A stretch of 64,000 bases of DNA from Felis catus (taxonomy: Eukaryota), in NCBI RefSeq assembly GCF_018350175.1, contig NC_058368.1, positions 236,904,001 through 236,968,000 on the forward strand, written 5' to 3'. The notes beneath the pieces were generated by a model that was not told the origin of the DNA, did not search any database, and saw only the letters and a program-made list of their open reading frames with translations. How positions within the stretch are numbered: position 1 is the first letter of the stretch; every line of letters starts with the position of its first letter. This document shows positions 11,880 to 24,660 of this stretch, piece after piece. The position numbers were made by a program, and so were the translations under genes.

Positions 11880-11948
11880 GTGTGTGTGTGTGTGTGTGTG
11901 TGTGTAGGTGTATGTAGACAGAGACAGAGACAGAGACAGAGACAGAGA
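11880..11948. repeat. Compound microsatellite (TG)n + (GACAGA)n
   Basis: Directly visible. Confidence 0.95.
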
Positions 11949-12269
11949 ATGAGAACACAAGGCCAGAATCACATTAAACGTGTGGAACCCTGCTGTCATC
12001 TGAATGTTCACAGAAAGATTTCCATCTAACTCCACCATCCCACAGGTAATTATGACATGTCTGCACGGTACCAGGCCTGTGCTGGGAATTGCGGATTTAT
12101 CCAGTAAAATGATCATATTACGGGAACATATCAGAGTAAAATGTGCAGGCCACCACTAGGGCCCTCCCCTGGCTGGGCCCAGCCCTTGGTTCTGCCTCAC
12201 TGTGGGGACCTGACCCCAGGGAACACTCAGTAAACATTACCAATCTCTATCATTTGCCAACGAGGTATG

Positions 12270-12860
12270 AAAGGCAGGGTCTAAAAGATTCTCTGGTTTC
12301 TAATGTGCACGGATGAGTGAGTGCGATGTCATTTACTAAAATGGAGACAATGGGGCAAGGTGGGGGACGTTCTGAGAGAGAAGCAAGGTGAATTTTATCG
12401 TGAAATGTCCAGCTGGAACTCTAATAGGGCACGCGAGTAGCATTTATCGAGTAGGAAGGTGTTTACAAGCATCTATCTTGTCAGAGGCAGATAGCTGATT
12501 GTCAGTGGGTGTAGGTGAGTGCCGAAGACAGAGAAATACATGAGACGCCTGAGGTCATAGGGGAGAAGGCGGGAGACTCAGGGTGGACTCTGGACAGCAT
12601 ATGCATTTAAAGCAGGGTCAGGGGAAAAGTTGCTGGCAAAGGTCACGAGGAAAAAAACAGGGCAGAGCAATAGCATAGCAACAAGGAAGGACAGGTCCAC
12701 AAAAAGACAGTGGCAAGGACCCGATCAGTGTATAACCTGAGACGTGACTGGTGACAAGAGAGCAGATTCCAGGGAATTGGGAGGACAGCAGTCGGATCTT
12801 TAGGGAGGAAGTAAATACAGATAACAAGAGATCTATTTTTACCCGAGAAGTTTGACTACG
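12270..12860 (-). mobile_element. L2 LINE remnant
   Basis: Purine-rich, heavily diverged L2-like motifs (gtcatttactaaaatggagacaatggg, gaaatgtccagctgg). Confidence 0.5.
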
Positions 12861-14399
12861 AAGGGAAAGAAGAAATACGTTGCAGCATTCCAGACGGCGT
12901 GGGCGTGCACGTGTATGCACACCTTGTAGATACGCGCCCCTGTTTAATTGATGTTTAGTTGGTGAAGAAGTTGGAGAGGATGAGTCCCCACGTACCACTT
13001 GCTTTCGTGACATTTGCGCGCTCTCAGATATGAGTGACTGCCATGTATGCAGAAGGCCAACGCCAGAGCAATCCATGAAGAACATGGTATCTGGAGACAG
13101 GCTCCAGTCCTGCTTCTGTCGGAAGTCAGTCGTATTACCTGGAAGAGTTCAGAACCACTCTGGTCTATGGGTCTCCTATCAGTCAGACAAAAATTCATAA
13201 ATAAACGGTGCTCCAGGTTTCTTGCATAGGTTTTACTTAGAATGTACTGTTCCTAGTACCTATGCATCAGTTGAACACATAATACTTTTCAAACTGAGCA
13301 CACTGGTGGTTCCATGGCAATCCAAATGGGCAACCAAGTGGAGAATAGAATTATCCTTCCCAGCACTCCTGCTCTTCCCGAGCAACTAGGCTGTAAGCAC
13401 CAGGGTCCCCAAGGGTACTCAGAGTGTCGCTTGGCTCAGAAGCCTGCGATCTCCAGCCTAGATTTGTTTTGTTTTCTCGCTCTGCCCTGGCGCTTAGTCT
13501 TTGCATTTTATTTCAGACAACTCATCTTTTGTATTTTGCCTCAATAATTTCACTTAAGCATCATGAAAGCTTTAAATACAGACAAAGGAAACTGCATCTT
13601 GTTCTTGTTTTTTGGTTAGGCCAACCAGAATCCCAAGGATTGGTTTTATTTTTATTTCCCTCTAACATGATAGGAGGCAGAGACATGAGAAAACCCAAAC
13701 CCCACACTTATAATCTGTCTCTCTCTCTCTCTGTACGTACACATGCTGTGTGTGTATGTGTGTACAACCAATGTTAACTTTGGAAGCTTTTCAAACTTTT
13801 GTTTAGAGATGGGGACATATAAAGCAGATGTTTCTGTATTTACTGACAGGGTCCTTGTGTGTTTTAAGGAGGGCTGCCTCTCAAGCATGAGTTATATTTG
13901 TCAGTTAGTTCTGAGATTTCATCTTTATTTTTCTGAAGCAATACAGATCATATTACCCTCAACATGAAGTCAAAGTATCCCCAAACACCCAACATATCAG
14001 TGTTTGAAAGTTTTCAATCATCTCTGAGTACCTCAAGTTCCCATATCGCAAGAACAATGGACCACATCATTTAAGGAAATTACCCCTGATGGACAGTGCT
14101 TAGGTGTCCTGTCATTGTGTGCTGACCTTGTCACCCTTCCTTTTCCTGTATAGAACCCCAAACTCCCCAGTACTTTGCCCCATGCTTTCCCAAGCTTAAA
14201 CATACTGTTTCTATGAGCCCAAGATATCACCTTATCAGTCAGTCATTGGTGCTGGTCCAGCACTAAAGATACTTTAATCACTCTCCCACTGACTGTCATG
14301 TGGCCAGACCAGATCCCAGCCCTACCTGGGTTTACCCTGAATTCTATTTGAATGTATTCTCTACTTACCTTCTAGAATCCTCTGAGTCATGGCGTTGTT

Positions 14400-14585
14400 T
14401 TCTTTTTAAATCAGCTTTATTGAAGTATAATTTGCAAACCATAAAACACACAAATATGAAGTGTACCTTCAAAGGCAGTTTGAAATACGTGTACATCAGT
14501 GAAACTATCACTTCATTTGTGATGTAGAAAATTTCCATCATCCCAGAAGGTGCTTCATGGTCCCTTCACAGTCGGTCCCCACTGT
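14400..14585 (-). mobile_element. Old L1M 3' end fragment
   Basis: cagctttattgaagtataattt..aaaatttccatcatcccagaagg, typical of an L1MB/MC 3' terminus in antisense. Confidence 0.8.
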
Positions 14586-16392
14586 CTGTAATAATGGTTT
14601 CAGGAGTAGAATTTAGTGATTCTTTACTTACATATAACACCCAGTGCTCCCAACAAGTGTCCTCCTTAACGCCTGTCACCATTTAGCCCATCCCCCCACC
14701 CAACAACCCTCCAGAAACCCTCAATTTGTTCTCTGTATTTAAGAGTCTCTTATGTTTTGCCTCCTTCTCTGTTTTTTGTTTTTCTCTTATTTTTTTCCAT
14801 CCCTTTCCCTATGTTCATCTGTTTTGTTTCTTAACATATGACTGAAATCATAATATTTGTTTTTCTCTAACTTTTTTCACTTAGCATACTATATTCTAGT
14901 TCCATCCATGTTGTTGCAAATGGCAAGATTTCATTCTTTTTGATCAATGAGTAACATTCTCTTGTATATATGTGTGTGTGTATATATATATATACGGATA
15001 AAAAAGTATATACTGCATCTTGTATATATGTGTGTGTGTATATATATATATATATACGGATAAAAAAGTATATACTGCATCTTTTTTATCCGTTCATCAG
15101 CCAGTGGACATTTGGGCTCTTTCTATAATTTGTTTATTGTTTTTTATTAAAGCCATTTATTTATTTTTGAAAGAGAGATTGCAAGTGAGGGAGAGAAAGA
15201 GAGAGAGAGGGAGACAGAGAAAATCCCAAGCAGGCTCTACACTGTCAGTGTGTAGCCTGATGTGGGGCTTAAACTCAGCAACCGTGAGATCATGACCTGA
15301 GCTGAAATCAAGACTCAGACACCTAACTGACTGAGTCACTCAGCACGTCCCCACCATAATTTGGCTATTGATACTGCTGCTATAAACTGTGGGACATATG
15401 TGCCCCTTCAAATTGGCATTTTCTATCCTTTGGATAAATACCTAGTAATGCAATTGCTGGGTCAGAGGGTAGTTCTATTTTTTATTTTTATTTTTATTTT
15501 TGAGGAACTTCCATTCTGTTCTCCAGAGTGGCTGCACCAGTTTGCATTCCCACAAACGGTGCAAGAGGTTTCCCCTTTCTCCACATTCTTACCAACATTT
15601 GTTGTTTCCTGAGTTGTTAATTTTAGTCATTCTGATAGGTGTGAGGTGGTATCTCATTGTGGTTTTGATTTGTATTTCTCTGATGATGAGTGATGTTGAG
15701 CATCTTTTCATTTGTCTGTTAGCCATCTGGATGTCTTCTTGGAAAAGTGTCTGTTCATGTCTTTTGTCCATTTCTCCACTGGATTGTTTGTTTTTGGGGT
15801 GTTGAGTTTCATTCTTTATAGATTTTGGATACTAACCCTTTTTCCGATATGTCATTTGCAAATATCTTCTCCCATTTTGTCATTTGCCTTTTACTTTTGT
15901 TGATTGTTTTCTTTGCTGTGCAGAAACTTTTTATCTTGATGAGTTCCCAATAGTTCATTTTGTTTTTGTTTCCCTCGCCTCCAGAGACATGTCTAGTAAG
16001 AAGTTGCTGTGGCCGAGGCCAAAGAGGTTGTTGCCCATTTTCTCCTCTAGGATTTTGATGATTTCCTGTCTCACATTTAGGTCTTTCACCATTTTGAATT
16101 TATTTTTGTGTCTGGTGTAAGAAAGTGGTCCAGTTTCATTCTGCATGTCACTGCCCAGTTTTCCCAGCACCATTTGCTAAAGAGGCTGTGTTTTTTTCCA
16201 TTGGATATTCTTTCCTGCTTTGCCAAAGATTAGTTGGCCATACATTTGTGGATCCATTTCTGGGTTTTCTATCCTGTTCCGTTGATCTATGTGTCTGATT
16301 TTTTTGTGCCAGTACCATACTGTCTTGATGATTACAGCTTTGTAATACAGTTCAAAGTCTGGAACTGTGATACCTCCAGCTTTGGTTTTTGC
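14586..16392 (-). mobile_element. Carnivore L1 3' fragment (ORF2 C-terminus + 3'UTR), interrupted by a SINE
   Basis: ORF 15589-15771(-) reads [34 protein letters not shown]...NKCW, the L1 ORF2 C-terminal region. Carnivore-type 3'UTR at 14586-14960. Confidence 0.92.
15133..15352 (-). mobile_element. Can-SINE inserted in L1
   Basis: Full antisense SINE body with degenerate TSD c(t/c)ataatttg. Confidence 0.92.
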
Positions 16393-16835
16393 TTTGAATC
16401 AGTATTGATTCAATATTATGTACTTTATTAGTTTTGTATAGTTGATGTTGTATCTCACTAATGTCCTTCTTCTGTTCCACAATTCCATCCAGGATACCAC
16501 ATGACATTTAGTCATTGTGTTTGCTTAGGCTTCTTTTGGCAATGACAGTTTCTCAAAATTTCCTTTTTTTTTTTAAAACTCTGACAGTTTTTTGTAAATT
16601 TTTTTAATGTTTATTTTTAAGACAGAGAGAGACTGAGCATGAGTGGGGGAGGGTCAGAGAGAGAGGGAGACACAGAATCCGAAACAGGCTCCAGGCTCCG
16701 AGCTGTCAGCACAGAGCCCGATAGGGGGCTCGAACTCATGGACCGCGAGAACATGACCTGAGCTGAAGTCGGATGCTTAACGGACCGAGCCACCCAGGCG
16801 CCCCAAACTCTGACAGTTTTGAGGGATGTTCTACA
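16393..16835 (-). mobile_element. Old L1M (L1MC/MD-like) 3'UTR fragment, split by a SINE
   Basis: atccaggataccacatgacatttagt..tgacagtttctca..tgacagttttgagg. Confidence 0.65.
16592..16804 (-). mobile_element. Can-SINE (young SINEC_Fc)
   Basis: Perfect 16-bp TSD AAACTCTGACAGTTTT (16576-16591 and 16805-16820). CpG-rich body. Confidence 0.97.
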
Positions 16836-16849
16836 AAATACTTGACCGG

Positions 16850-18073
16850 TATTCAACATCCACCTCTCTATTGCAGGCACAACCTGTGTACAGAACACAG
16901 GCAAGGACACAGAGGAGCTGAATAGCACCATTAGCCAACTGGACCTGATTGAGATTTAAACCGCATTCCCCCCCCGCCCCAACAGATAAAGCACATTCTT
17001 CTCAAATGCATGTGTAACACTCACCAAGACCATATCTATGGTCATAAAAGAAACCTGAACTAACTGAAGAGAATTGAAATAATGCAAAATATCTTTTTAA
17101 GTCATAATAGAATTAAACGACAAACCAATAACAGAAAGATACCAAGAAAACCCCTGAAGTGAAGCAATACACTTTTAAATAATCTATGGGATGGAGGGGA
17201 GATGTCAAAGGACATTAGAAATATTCTGAACAGAAATAAAATTAAATATGCCATATTAAATGTGTAGAATGTCCTTGTAACGATGCTTTGAGGGAGATTG
17301 ATAGTGTAGGAGGTGTGTATGGAAAATCTCAGAAAGGTTTCAAATTAGAGATTCATGCTTCAGAATCCAGAAAGGTAAGAGGAAAATAAACACAAATCAA
17401 CAAAGGACAAGAAAATGATAGAAATGAGACGGAAATCCATGAAATTGAAAATAGAAAAACCATCGAGGAAATGGAAAAACTGAAAGCTGCTCATTTGAAA
17501 TGATCAATAAAATTGATAAAGCTTCTAGCTAGATTGGCCAAAAGAGAGAAAAAAAAATACTATAAATCACCAATATGAAGTATGAAAGAGGTGATGTCAC
17601 TTCACGGATATTATAGGAGTCAGGGAACAGTACAGGCAACTATGCACTAAGAACATCAACAATTTACCAAAAAGGGTTCAATTACTGAAAAAAAATGACA
17701 AAGGTGACTTCATCAAAATTTTTAAATTTGCTCTCTGTAAAAAAAGGCTAACTTAAATTTTTTTATGTTTATTTATTTTTGAGAGAGAGAGAGAGAGAGA
17801 ACAAGAGACAGTGAGAGCGTGAGTGGGGAAGGGGCAGAGAGAGAGGGAGACACAGAAACTGAAGCAGGTTCCAGACTCTGAGCTGTCAGCACAGAGCCCG
17901 ACGCGGGGCTGGAACTCAAGAACTGTGAGCTCATGACCTGAGCCAAGGTTAGACGTTCAACTGACTGAGACACCCAGGTGCCCGAAGAAGGTTAACCTAA
18001 AAGAATGACATACAAATGTGGACGAAGAGAAAATATTTGTAAATTATATATCTGAAAATGGACTTGTAATCAG

Positions 18074-18127
<54 letters not shown>

Positions 18128-19030
18128 ATATATGTGTGTGTGTGTGTATATATATAGATAGATAGATAGATAGATAGATAGTGTAATATATATAAATAAA
18201 ACCCCCCAAACCAAACAGAAAGAAAACAACCCAATTAAAAATGGGCAAAATAATTGGACAGACGTTTCACCAAAGAAGGAACAAATAGCACATGAAAAGA
18301 TGTTCCGTATCATTAGCTAGAAATGCAAAGTCAGACCATGATGACCCAGTATTGCCACAGCCAGAATAGATCCAAGTGCTGGAGACGATGCAGAAGCCCT
18401 AGAATATGCATCTCTGGTTGCAACGAAAGCTGGTACAGCCTTTCTGGAAACCAGTGTATCAATTTCTTATCACCTTAATTGTGTATTTCCCACCTAAGCC
18501 AGCAACTCCCCTCCTGGGTATTAACCCAAGAAATGAAAATTTACGGTCACACCAAACCGAGGCACAAGTATATACGGTAATTTTATCTCCAACGGGTGAA
18601 CGACGCAAGGAAGCCGAGTGTCCTTCACCAGGTTAACGGATTAACAAGCTACACTCTGGCCACATCGTGGAATACTAACTGCTCGGTAGTAACAAGGAAT
18701 GGGCTGCTCTGACATGCGACAGCTTGAGCATCTCAAAGGCACTGTGCTGAGTGAGAGAAGCCAGTTTCAAGGCGACGTACTGTGGGGCCCCATTTATATT
18801 CATACGACATTCTCAGGCAGGGAAAACCATAATGACGGAGGAGGATAGATCAGGGTGGCTAAGGGTCAGAGTGGAGAGGAAGAGGCAACTATAAAGGGAG
18901 AGAGGGAGAGCACGGGGAGTTTTTGATGTGATGGAACCGCTCTATATCGTGATTGTGATCATGTTGGCACACATCGACACATGCGCACACCAAAAAAAGG
19001 CAATCTTACCGTGTGAGAGCTTAAAGATGA
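16850..19030 (+). mobile_element. Old L1M, internally deleted (ORF2 N-terminal remnant joined to ORF2 end/3'UTR)
   Basis: Endonuclease-region remnant (acattcttctcaaatgca, gaattgaaataatgc), then aacaacccaattaaaaatgggcaaa and an L1MC-like 3' end. Contains a SINE and a (TA)(TG)(TAGA) microsatellite at 18077-18193. Confidence 0.85.
17758..17983 (-). mobile_element. Can-SINE (SINEC_Fc)
   Basis: Full antisense body with degenerate TSD aagg(c/t)taac(t/c)taaa. Confidence 0.95.
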
Positions 19031-20039
19031 AAACCAAGGGGGAAAAACCAAATGGCCAGTGGTGGTGGGTCGCTAGGTAGGGACACTGACACTTGCTGAA
19101 ATATTAGAAGGATAATCATAAAGATGGCAGTCACCTGAAAAAGCAGGTTTGTAATAATACGAAGCGCAACGGGTTGTACTGTGAAATTGCGAATTATATT
19201 TAATCTTATATGAGATTTTGGCAAGGAACAGATGAAAGGGGATAGGCCAAGTGGTAACAGACATCTGTTTTGCAGGGTTATGGGTGATTTTCTCTCATGT
19301 CCTTTTCTCCAGAATTGTTAGAATGATGGTCTATAATTTTTTAAGTGTTAAAAATAATTGGGCAAATGGAAAGGATTCAATTTTGCTATAATCGGTAGAA
19401 CACATACGAAACCTCAAACAGAAGCACATATGTGAAGATATAAAGTGTATCTTACGTTTAATGAATCATCAGCTATATAGGGACTGGCACGAATAACTTT
19501 GTTTTTCCTTCTGGGATATGATTTTACAACATTTTTCACATCACGGCGATGAGATCAAGGTTTTACCAATAAAGTACCGTCTATAGGGACTTGAGACAAA
19601 AATGAAGAAATCTGCGAATAGTGAGATTGTGTCTGAATTGATAATTCTACAATGAATACTTTTAACATGGCGAAAATAAGAGTAAGGACACGAAAGCCTT
19701 ATTTTCAGAGCTAAGGATTATTCAACAGGAGCAAACTTGATTTTTTTTTTTCAATAGATAGGTGTAGAAAAGACTTTCTACTTTATTCTTTTGGGTGTTT
19801 ATTTCTTCTGGAAAAGACAAAGGAGCCTGGGTAGTTGAGAGTCAGGGTTCTATCGTTTACTTTTCAATTCAGCTTCCGCCGCACCTCAAAATGTCGATTA
19901 CCCAAGAATTCCCCACTCGGGCTCGGGGACAGGAGGTGGCTAGCGTCCATCAAATGGCACTTTGCGACCTCAGGGTCAGATCTGTGATGAAAACATCTTC
20001 TAAGCCACAAAACCAGGGGTGGCCACAAGGTCTTCTCTC

Positions 20040-20133
20040 TCGTTAGAGGAATAAATAACCCTGGCCAGTGTTGTGGAAGTTGTGGTCGTAGGGGAGTGAG
20101 GGTGCGTGATCGTGGACTCAGTGCGTGCATGCG

Positions 20134-20171
<38 letters not shown>

Positions 20172-23100
20172 GCACATTCACAACGAGCGACCGCACAGAC
20201 ACTTCTGTTGCCGGGTCATCACAGACCAAAGCTGGGGACTAGGCCACTGAAATAGAGATTAATTCAGATCAATGGAATCACAGAAAGAAGAGGAAGGCAC
20301 CTGCTTGGACCAGAGGCCGAGTCTGTAGACGAACACGCACCCCCATAAAACAAAACCCAGCAAACGTGGGCAGCCTGAGGGGAGCACCCCCGCGAGCCCC
20401 AGGGCAGAGTCTGGGGAGAGAGGACGACCCACTTAGAGCCTCCCGGGGGTCCCCGGGCTTCTCCCCTCCCGTCCTCTTGCTGGCCTTCCGTCTGACAGAG
20501 CGGTGTTGTGACCCATAATTGTGGCAGACCCGCAGCAGGTTTTGAGAGGCTTTCTGAGCCGCGGCGCCCAAGCAGTCTCCATCTGCCGTGGCCTCCTGTG
20601 CCTCCCACGGGGGGACCTGGCTAATTTTTCAGTCAATTAGCAGAGGGCCGCTTTTGTTCTGCCCGCGCACCCCCTGGGCTCCGCTGACACCGGGAGCTGG
20701 CGTTCAGAGGGGGTGGGTTTGGGGAAGCATATTGTGTTGGTTTTTTCCATGACCTTGTGACACTGTTGGGCAAACGTGATCTCAATAATCGCAGCGATTT
20801 GCTAAAAAGCCAGGCCAAGCTCCACTCTCGTTGTGTCTGAGTGCGTGTGGGCGCGGGGGTGGCGGGGGGGGGGCACTGCCGAGGAGCTGTTTTAAATAAA
20901 CAGCGTATTTGTATTTTGCGGCCCTCTATGTTCTGTTTCAAGTTTATCTATGTATTCGGTTTTTAATCCAGTTCCCTCGACTAGGACAAAGCAGGGGTTC
21001 GATGATGCAGGAGCGGCTTTATTGGGTAAAAACAGTTTATTCCGTTGAAGCTGCCCGAGGCGGCTTGCTTCCCGCTGGCGTCGGACCGACTGCTGCTGCT
21101 CTCTGGTCTTGGCAACTTCCGGGCGAGCGGTAGGTCAGTCTACGTGACCCTCGGACCTCAGTCACCTCTTGACTCAGTTTCCCTGGCAAGATGGGAAAAG
21201 GTGTGATGTGGGAACAGGCAGGTGTGCCTCAGGGGGCCCCCGGGGCCCGGCCCACAGCTGGCAGGGCTTCCTGTTACGGGGCCCTGTCCCTCCTGTAGCA
21301 CCGAATGGGGGACCCCAGCGGGTCGCCCTTGTCCCTCCGGCACATGATCTCCACGGGCCTTTCTCCTTGTCCAGCTGGGGACACACCAGGTCCCAAATGC
21401 CATGGGTTTCTCTACCCACATCACGACAGGTAAGGGGTCCACCGTGTTTACATTAGGGGTTTTCACGCTGACCACACATTTATGGCCCCTTCTGTGGCTA
21501 CCACGCACAGCCAGCAGCGGGCCCTTCCTCTTAGGGTCTGTGACTCTAAAGTGTGCTTTGTCTCCCATTTTCCTCTAAAATAAAAGCTGTCAGGACGCCT
21601 GGGCGGCCCGGTTGGCTGAACGTCCCACTTCGGCTCAGGTCATGATCTCACGGCTCGTGAGTTCGAGCCCCACGTCGGGCTCTGTGCCGACAGCTCAGAG
21701 CCCGGAGCCTGCTTCGGATTCTGTGTCTCCTTCTCTCTCTGCCCCTCCCTCCCCCTCTCTCTCTCTGTCTCTCAAAAATAAACATTAAAAAATAAAATAA
21801 AACAATAAAATAAAATCTGTCTTTCTTTTCTATTATGATTAAAAATGGTAGAAATCCAAGGACATACTTACAGAGAGAATCCAGCCCCCAGGACCCTTCT
21901 CCCCGCATCCTTGGGAGCACTTGGCTTCCCCCCACCAGCCCCGGTGACGGTAATTGCTCTCAGCACCACAGTGGAACTCCCCTTCCTCAGTGGGAGGGCT
22001 GGGAGACTGTGGGCCCCCCTCCTGGGAAGATCCCAGGACCCCCCGTGCTTCGCCCCTGCCTTTTCCAGCTCTTGGCGTGTGCTCACCTGCGGGGGGCAAG
22101 CTGGCCGCCTCGCTTCCCTCTCATCACCAGGCCCGGAGACTCTGTCTCTCTATAGTTAATAAAGATACTTTTCCTCAGTGTTAAGCCATAAAATATTCAC
22201 TGGGTCTGAGCTGGGGTTAACAGATTTCTGAAAATTTCATTGCGTGACAGCCTGTCCTGCATAATGCCCTCCGCTGTCTCGTGTTCCGGGGCAGAAACGA
22301 TCTTGTGTGTCAGTATAATAGTCTAGAATTACACTTGTACCACTGTCTCCGGCATATGGGGCTGTGTATACCCCTAGGCCCGGCCCCTCTCTTTCACGGC
22401 TTTTCAAATGATAACATTTGGCAAACCCAGCTCTGATGGAAAGCGTGCGCTCCTTCCTCGGTGGTGACAAAAGGGCCATCAGAGGCCTGACCGGTGGCCA
22501 ATCATGGTGCTCTTTACTGGGTAATGAGAGGGGGTCCTTCTTCTTAATAACGCCCCGCGCCCTGGGGGGCCGGGAGCAAGCCTCCACTTAATTATACAGT
22601 CTTCCTTGTAAGGGCCCAGTTGGCGGAGGGCTTCAGCTGCACAGGTCTTCTCGGGGGGCCCCCTCCCTGCTGGCCAAGCATACTGATGGCTGGACAGTGG
22701 CGGCCAGAGGATGTGGACGGACCGGGCCCGGGGAAGCGACGCGGGGGACAGCAGTGGGGCGCCAGAGCGGCTTTCTCGGCCACAAGCCACTTACACCATG
22801 AGGGCAGTGGGGGGGGTGTGACCATGAAAAGGGGGGCGGGCAGGCAACACCCTCGGCTAAGGACAGGAGAGGAAACCGACCCAGGCGAGCTCTGAGAGTG
22901 TCCGACCGAGGGAGCTCCCGGACAAGTGAGGGGCCTGCCCCGACCTTGTGGCTGGGAAGCACAGTCCGTGTTATTTGAGGAGGAGGAAACCAGCTGTCAG
23001 AAGCAGGGCAGCTGGTGGCGAGGGCGCTGGGCTCTGCCCTCCCTGCCTTTCATGCCCGTCCCATTCTGCCTCCTCTTAGGGGGTGTCACGTCTCTGTTGC

Positions 23101-23800
23101 TGTCCAGGGAAGGCTGGGCGCTGATAAGGCTGGGGTGCCTGAGCCTGCGGTGACTGCCATCTGCCCAGACATTAGGGGAAAGCTGTAGCGGCTCAGGACT
23201 CAGAGCCCAGGAGGGGCCGGGCACCCAGGGCGTTCCCGCTGGGGTCAGGACAGGCCATGCTTCTGCCGTGACTCTTTGCAGAATCAAGGAAGAGTTTCAT
23301 CCACCCCTCAGTGCCGGCCTGACCTTTCTTTGCAAGAAGTAGTCGCGTTTGGGATTATTGCTCATCCAGCCGTCTTCTGCTAGCTGCCTCTTTGAACCTG
23401 TGGGTCGGCGCATCCTTGCGCCTTTTGTTGGCTCTGCCTTGTCCTTGACCCACTCTGCTCCCGGCGGTTTCCGCGGGTCCTCGTGCAGCATCAGCCTGGG
23501 TACGTGGCTGCCAGCTTCCCCCGTGGAGGGGCGTGTCCTCTTGCAAGTTGGTGTCGGGTCCACGCTGCCGGGCGCCTTTCCCGGTGAGCCCGTGTCGTGT
23601 GCTGTCCCGGGAGAGTCGTATGGAGCCAGGGCTGATGTGTGCTCAGCTTCTGGATCCTACGAAACACACGTGAAGGTGAAAACAGAGACACAAACAGGCA
23701 AAAGCAAGGCCCTGTGGCAGGACGGACCACGACGCATGCGGGGCTTCCGTGCCAGGATTTTGTGGCAGAGGTCGTGAGCTGACCTCACGGACTCTCCACT
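20040..23800. promoter_or_regulatory. Second CpG/GC-rich domain with no visible gene (orphan CpG island / enhancer candidate)
   Basis: High CpG density at 20300-21460 and 21900-23800. Embedded AT-rich motif cores at 20886-21045 and 22400-22600. (AC)n at 20137-20168. Confidence 0.55.
21592..21805 (+). mobile_element. Can-SINE (SINEC_Fc)
   Basis: TSD taaaataaaa(g/t)ctgtc at 21576-21591 and 21806-21821. Confidence 0.96.
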
Positions 23801-23829
23801 TTACGGGGTGCGCGCTGTGCACTTGAGAT

Positions 23830-24467
23830 AGATTTCTTTCTCTTAAGGGAGGTCAAATGCGCACAGGAGTGACCACGTACAAGTGTGCACGGCCTTTGTG
23901 TCACAATGTTGTGTCCGTTCACAATGTTGTGTCAACGGCACCTACCTGACTGAACTTCCAGAACAGTTCCCCTCTTCCCCAAGAAACGCCTGCCACCCAT
24001 TAAGCAGTGTCTCCTGATCCCGCCTCCCCCAACCCCCCTGGCGACTACTCATCTGCTCTATTTCTACGGATGTGCCCATATTGGACGTTTTGTATGAATG
24101 GAATCGTACAATATATGCCCTTCTGGGCCTGGCCACTCTCACTTGGTGTGATGTTTTCGGGGTTCATCCGAACTGTAGCACGTATCAGGACTTCGTTCCT
24201 TCTTATGACTGTATACTATTTCACCATACGGATAGACCACATTTTAGTTTAGCCCCTCGCCATTGACGGGCATGTGGTATGCTTCCCCACGTGGGCCGCT
24301 GTGAATAATGCCGCAGTTGACATTTGTTCACACGAGCACAAGTGTTTGACTCTCCGTTTGGGGCTCTGTTTGGTGTACCCCTAGCAATAGAAATCCTGGA
24401 TCTACGGTTACTCTTTATATATATATATAAAAAGTTTATTTATTTCGAGGGAGGGGGGAAGAGGGGC

Positions 24468-24498
<31 letters not shown>

Positions 24499-24660
24499 TG
24501 AGAATCCCAAGCAGGCTCTGCACTGTCAGCACAGAGCCCAATGGGGGGCTCGAACCCACGCACCGTGAGATCGTGACCTGAGCCAAAGTCAGACGCTTAA
24601 CCCACTGAGCCGCCCAGGAGCCCCTCATATGGTGATTCTAAGCTTACCATTTTAAAGAAC
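23830..24660 (-). mobile_element. L1MB-like 3' end fragment, split by a SINE
   Basis: cccattaagcagt..cccctggcgactactcatctgct..tgaatggaatcgtacaatat..gaccacattt. Confidence 0.85.
24415..24624 (-). mobile_element. Can-SINE
   Basis: Full antisense body with degenerate TSD ta(c/t)ggt(t/g)a(c/t)tct. Confidence 0.95.

Noticed and set aside
15589..16173. ORF2-like peptides as a functional gene
   Set aside because: Short, frameshifted remnants of a truncated L1.
19672..19706. 9-bp-arm inverted repeat GAAAATAAG/CTTATTTTC (similarly ATTGACA/TGTCAAT near 8185-8211)
   Set aside because: Short AT-rich arms with loose spacing are at chance frequency in 64 kb.
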